DNA of 64,000 nucleotides from a virus: IMG/VR virus record IMGVR_UViG_3300020204_000007, positions 105,060 to 169,059 of that record; one strand, 5' to 3'. Shown piece by piece: positions 59,835 to 64,000 of this stretch (position 1 is its first letter; each line of letters starts with the position of its first letter). The notes under the pieces were generated by a model. It saw only the letters and a program-made list of their open reading frames with translations, ran no database searches and was not told where the DNA came from. The position numbers and the translations under genes were made by a program.

Positions 59835-60617
59835 TTATTGGTTTAAAGCTTTCCAGATATCTTGCATACTTCGAGCATCTCCGCACTTCTTGCAGCGATT
59901 ACTCCACTCGCGCGACGCTTTGAACATTCTCTCAGTGTCGCCGCAGTTCCAGCACTTAACAGAACACACTCCACCCTTTAAAACATCTTCCAAAGACTTT
60001 TTCAACTCTTCGAGCTTTTGTTTGAGGCGAATCTCTGGACGGTGCTTAAAAGACTGAGTTGCGCTCTCGGATTTCATAAACTTTTGTAGATACTCAGCGG
60101 GGGGCGGCTCTGCAGATGACTTCATGAGGTCATTCATGGGGAACATCTGAGCCTGTGGGTTGCAGGGTTTAGCCGTAATAGCAATAGCATCTGCCGAAGA
60201 CTGCTTGATGACTTTGTGTTCTGCTGAACCTTCCGGTCCGCCACGCTTTAGGATAAGACCTTCAATTGACATCCCAATTCTTAGGGGTAAATCAGGATTA
60301 GCGGCAGTATACCTAATAAGAGCAGCAGCAGCATCAGCATTTGGGTGTCCATCGGCAAGTTCTCCTTCGACATAAAGGTAAGGAACTTTGACTAAGTCCC
60401 AACATTTCTTCTGGCGGGGAGTCTCGCAGTCTTTTTCAGACATAATCTTTTTGTGGGCAGTAATTCCGCCAACAATACACCAAGCTCCCTTTTGGTCGGA
60501 GTTGTGTTCGTCTGTAATCATGCGTAGATTGGATGTATCAATATTAGCAATTTCAATCAGTTCGCCTTGTTTATCGACTGATTGTACTGCGCCCAATCCA
60601 AAGACTTTGAGTCCCAT
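59835..60617 (-). CDS. prohead maturation protease with C-terminal Zn ribbon
   Basis: DxQGE, H, GMSIEG, AITxxPxNPxA; CxxC..CxxC. Confidence 0.7.
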   Translation of the reverse strand: MGLKVFGLGAVQSVDKQGELIEIANIDTSNLRMITDEHNSDQKGAWCIVGGITAHKKIMSEKDCETPRQKKCWDLVKVPYLYVEGELADGHPNADAAAALIRYTAANPDLPLRIGMSIEGLILKRGGPEGSAEHKVIKQSSADAIAITAKPCNPQAQMFPMNDLMKSSAEPPPAEYLQKFMKSESATQSFKHRPEIRLKQKLEELKKSLEDVLKGGVCSVKCWNCGDTERMFKASREWSNRCKKCGDARSMQDIWKALNQ

Positions 60618-60701
60618 GTCTTAACCCCTATGACATACTCGTTGTATTTTAACATTGACTCACACATTTGTCTTTGTTATAGATAACAAAACGGAGAACT
60701 T

Positions 60702-62153
60702 ATGGCTAAAGATAATACTTTTGAACCCATACGCGGCCTTAGGGGCGAGTATAAGAACAATGAAATCACTCTGTCAGGCACTTCAGACGTACTCGCAACT
60801 GTTAGAAATCTCCTAACAGTTGAAAATAAGGGTGTAATTTCAAAAATTAAGCTCCTTAAGCGTCAAAAGCCCTACAACGAAAAGCACGCCATCAAGATTA
60901 AGCTTGAGCTTGCCCAACTAGAACTAGAGACTAAAGTAGAATATTACGGCGAAAATGATGATGGGACTCTCAGTGTACCCCCTGGGTTCTGGTGGCTCGT
61001 TCCTAACATGGAAGGCCATAAAGAAAAAGATAGAGAACTCAATCTGTCTCCCGTAGGTCCTAAAGTTCCAAGAGACTATCAGGCTGAAGCCGTCAAGACT
61101 GCTCTTGGCTATAAGAGGGGCTGTATTGTTTTGCCGACAGGAACAGGCAAGTCAATGTGTATCAGCCTACTGAGTCGTGCCCTCGTCGAGCGTGGCCTCA
61201 GAGTCCTCATTGTTGTCCCTACTATCGAACTTATCTCTCAGATGCTTAAAGACATTAAACAGATTGCCCCCAAGAGCTGCGGCATCGGTGGCAAGCACAA
61301 ATTCAAAGAGGGTGTTGATGTTGCTATTGCCACTGTCAACAGTGGCCGTAACTACTCAGACATCTTTGATGCTATTATTATTGACGAAGCTCACCACTCC
61401 TCTTCTAACATGTATAAAGAATTGGCTATCTTTGGAAGTCGAGCCAAGTATATCTATGGCTTTACGGCAACTCCAGTCAGAGCAGACAACTTGGAACTTG
61501 GCTTCCATGGGATTGTCGGGCCTATTGTCTTTCAAAAAGACAGTAAGTGGGCAATTGACAATGAGTTCCTTTGCCCCGTAGCCATTACCTGCCTAACGAT
61601 TACTGGTTTAGGCCGCATTAGAGAGACGACTCATCAGCAGACAGCCTACAAGATGCTTTCTACTCACGAAAAGTCGCTCCATACGGTGCTTAACCTAGTT
61701 AAGAGCGGACTAAACAAGGGACTTAAGGTCTTAGTGTTGTTTAAGACAGTCGAGCCGTCAGCCGAGTTTTGTGAGTATGCGTCTGAAATGGGGGTCGCCT
61801 GCGAGCCTGCTCATAGCGGATACCGCAATCCTTTTTATCAATTTAAAGATGGTAAGACGAATCTCCTAGTGTCTAATAGCAGTCTGTTGGGAGAAGGTAT
61901 CGACTTGCCCGACGTTGACTTTATGATTAGTTGTGTTCAAAACTCGGCAGAAGCCTTAACTCGGCAGGTTATTGGCCGTGGCCTTCGGTATAAAAAAGGC
62001 AAGAAACTAATCTTTATCGACATTACAACCGCTGGCTATGGGGTTTGGAATAGCGATAGCGAAAAGTTCTTTGATATTTTTAAACAGTATGCTAAGTCAA
62101 GATATAGTGTTTATGAGACGATAACCGAAGACATTGTTTATAAGGACATTTAA
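60702..62153 (+). CDS. superfamily 2 (DEAH) helicase, paralogue of 22033-23418
   Basis: YQ, PTGTGKS, DEAH, TAT, QVIGRG. Confidence 0.85.
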   Translation: MAKDNTFEPIRGLRGEYKNNEITLSGTSDVLATVRNLLTVENKGVISKIKLLKRQKPYNEKHAIKIKLELAQLELETKVEYYGENDDGTLSVPPGFWWLVPNMEGHKEKDRELNLSPVGPKVPRDYQAEAVKTALGYKRGCIVLPTGTGKSMCISLLSRALVERGLRVLIVVPTIELISQMLKDIKQIAPKSCGIGGKHKFKEGVDVAIATVNSGRNYSDIFDAIIIDEAHHSSSNMYKELAIFGSRAKYIYGFTATPVRADNLELGFHGIVGPIVFQKDSKWAIDNEFLCPVAITCLTITGLGRIRETTHQQTAYKMLSTHEKSLHTVLNLVKSGLNKGLKVLVLFKTVEPSAEFCEYASEMGVACEPAHSGYRNPFYQFKDGKTNLLVSNSSLLGEGIDLPDVDFMISCVQNSAEALTRQVIGRGLRYKKGKKLIFIDITTAGYGVWNSDSEKFFDIFKQYAKSRYSVYETITEDIVYKDI

Positions 62154-62154
62154 G

Positions 62155-63078
62155 ATGATTGCAGATAAAGTCGTATATTGTTTGAACTCTGCTGCAGTGG
62201 GTGATCTAATAGCTGCCGCTCCTTCTTTAAAATACGCTACCGAAAATTTTCACAAAAGAACGGACGATTACCTTGTAGGAGTTTATCCGGATTTTAAAGA
62301 TTTTTTTCATTTTATTCCTGAAAGTAAATTTACCGAAGTTACGGCTCAGTACCCTAAGGGATATTCAATTAGGCATTTAAATATGCTCGGAGTTGGTAAC
62401 CATGTTTGTAAGCTAACTCCGTCTCGCATGAAACTGACCCAATACGCCTCTATTGGTTTACTGGGGCGCGTACTAGATGACATCGACGCCCAGTACGTTC
62501 CGCTTTTACCAACGGACGTAAGCCGTTACGGCGTAGATTTTAGTAAATCTGTAATTATTATTACTACTTACAGAGACAAGCAGCGTACAATTCTATCAGA
62601 CGAAATTACTAAAATTGCCGAATATGTTTATTCAAAAGGGCTAACTCCTGTATACGTAGGCAAAAGAGGAGCTATTTCTATTTGGAAAAGCAGTCTCGCT
62701 GTAAGTGATTTTGAGTATCCGGGCTTTGGAGTAGACTTAAGAGACGATACGTCTTTTAGGGAGCTTGCAACTATTATGAATCAGTCTAAAGCCATCGTGG
62801 GAATGGACGGCGGCCCTATGCACATTGCTTGGACAACCCAAACTCCCGTTGTTTGCGGATTTACGACTATTAAACCTGAGCTCCGGATTCCATACAGAGG
62901 ACGAGTTCCCACCATTTCAATTACTCCCAATATTGCCTGCGGTTTTTGTGAGTCAGACTGGTCACTAAATTACTGGAATTTTGCAAACTGTCCTCGCAAA
63001 ATGGAGCTTGCAGAGTGTGTTACAAAAATGACTAGTAAAAAGTTTATAGATGCTTTAAACCAATTAAAGATTTGGTGA
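62155..63078 (+). CDS. glycosyltransferase family 9 (GT-B)
   Basis: AVGD..P; DL..SFRELA..DGGPMHIA; C-terminal CxxC..C..C. Confidence 0.75.
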   Translation: MIADKVVYCLNSAAVGDLIAAAPSLKYATENFHKRTDDYLVGVYPDFKDFFHFIPESKFTEVTAQYPKGYSIRHLNMLGVGNHVCKLTPSRMKLTQYASIGLLGRVLDDIDAQYVPLLPTDVSRYGVDFSKSVIIITTYRDKQRTILSDEITKIAEYVYSKGLTPVYVGKRGAISIWKSSLAVSDFEYPGFGVDLRDDTSFRELATIMNQSKAIVGMDGGPMHIAWTTQTPVVCGFTTIKPELRIPYRGRVPTISITPNIACGFCESDWSLNYWNFANCPRKMELAECVTKMTSKKFIDALNQLKIW

Positions 63079-63955
63079 GGTCAGTTATGAGCTTTTCACA
63101 GCCACATCGCTATAAGCTAATGATTCCTGCTTATTGGGTAGATGGTCAGGATGACTACAGGGCAGACGCAATGATGTCTTCTATGCCATCAAGAGATGAA
63201 GTGATTGAGGCTTTGAGAAAAGCAGACGAACTAGATGGCTATTCAGCAGAATATATTGACAATCTTAGGGTGGAACGCCCCGATGGTTGGTACTACAAAA
63301 AAATTTTAATTTACAACAGCTCAAGCAACAAACCACTTTGGAAATTTGAACCAGCTCCGTGAGAGGAATTTATGAACTTAGACACATCAGCAACGCCATG
63401 GGCGCATGACGAGCTACAGCTTATAGGGGCTGAGCTAGGCGACACTATCGAGATGGCAAATGAAGAAGATAAGACACAAGTTGGCTTAATTGTCTCTTTG
63501 ACAAAGATGGCTATATTTGTATTGACAGAAGGAGATGAAATCCTTAAGTTTGGAAGAGTATCTCTGTCTAGTGTAGACGGCAAATGGGACGTGGTGGGCC
63601 TATCTGAAAGGGAGATGAGGATTTCTGCTGCCAAGTGGGCTGAAGTGAAAAATAAAATTAAAACAAAAGCCAACAAAAATAAGGACTTGAGATGAAAGTT
63701 TACTCTAGAGAAGAAATTAATAACCTTGCAGAACATGAAGAAACGGGCAATTACCACCTTGTTGTTCATTCTCAAGACTTGGTAAAGTTGGCTCAAGCAG
63801 TTGCTTATAACGCTCAGCGGGGCAACCCCAAGGGGCTAGAGCCTCTCAGTCAAGTTTGGAAGGATGCAGTCAATAAGCATCTGGCTAAAATCTTTACAAC
63901 TTACCTAAAACAAGAAAAGATTCTAGTCATTAAAAGCAGGGAAGATGACGCATGA
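63072..63955 (+). other. three hypothetical genes (about 63087-63362, 63372-63695, 63692-63955)
   Basis: Coupled ORFs. Confidence 0.6.
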
Positions 63956-64000
63956 CAGATTTTATTGAAATTACATTAGTTAGTGCGGATGAAGTGCTAA

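Noticed and set aside
1-64000. Firm host assignment (Bdellovibrionota or another flagellated bacterium)
   Set aside because: Suggested only indirectly by sigma-28 promoter use and a GT9 gene; needs spacer, tRNA or homologue evidence

Overview
AT-rich segment of a large, probably lytic, contractile-tailed dsDNA phage (myovirus/jumbo-like), standard genetic code. No integrase, CRISPR or IS seen. Layout: (1) 1-22 kb: divergently transcribed early/accessory region of about 60 small ORFs, including a 2OG-Fe(II) oxygenase, orphan MbcA/ParS-type antitoxin, signal-peptide ClpP-like protease, Mom-like DNA modifier, SAM methyltransferase, metallopeptidases, Zn deaminase, GP88, KTSC and NfuA-like protein. 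(2) 22-34.5 kb: SF2 helicase, probable internal head proteins, a kinase/2OG-dioxygenase/TMK/dUTPase operon, a MoxR-AAA + VWA module split by a lytic transglycosylase, and tRNA-Ile(UAU). (3) 34.5-58.4 kb: minus-strand tail module (spike, hub, tape measure, three tube-like paralogues, collar and C1q fibres), interrupted by a thymidylate-synthase homologue carrying the dCMP-type Asp. (4) 58.5-64 kb: AP2 protein, prohead protease, second helicase, GT9. The most striking signal is 20 copies of TAAAGTTA-N11-(T/G)CCGATA(T/A), matching the sigma-28/FliA promoter consensus, in front of early genes. They sit in duplicated promoter-hairpin-RBS cassettes whose TAA often doubles as the upstream gene's stop codon. 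This suggests a phage whose early programme runs on a flagellar-type sigma factor and whose accessory genes are shuffled through those cassettes. All functional calls come from motif recognition by eye; no database search was run.
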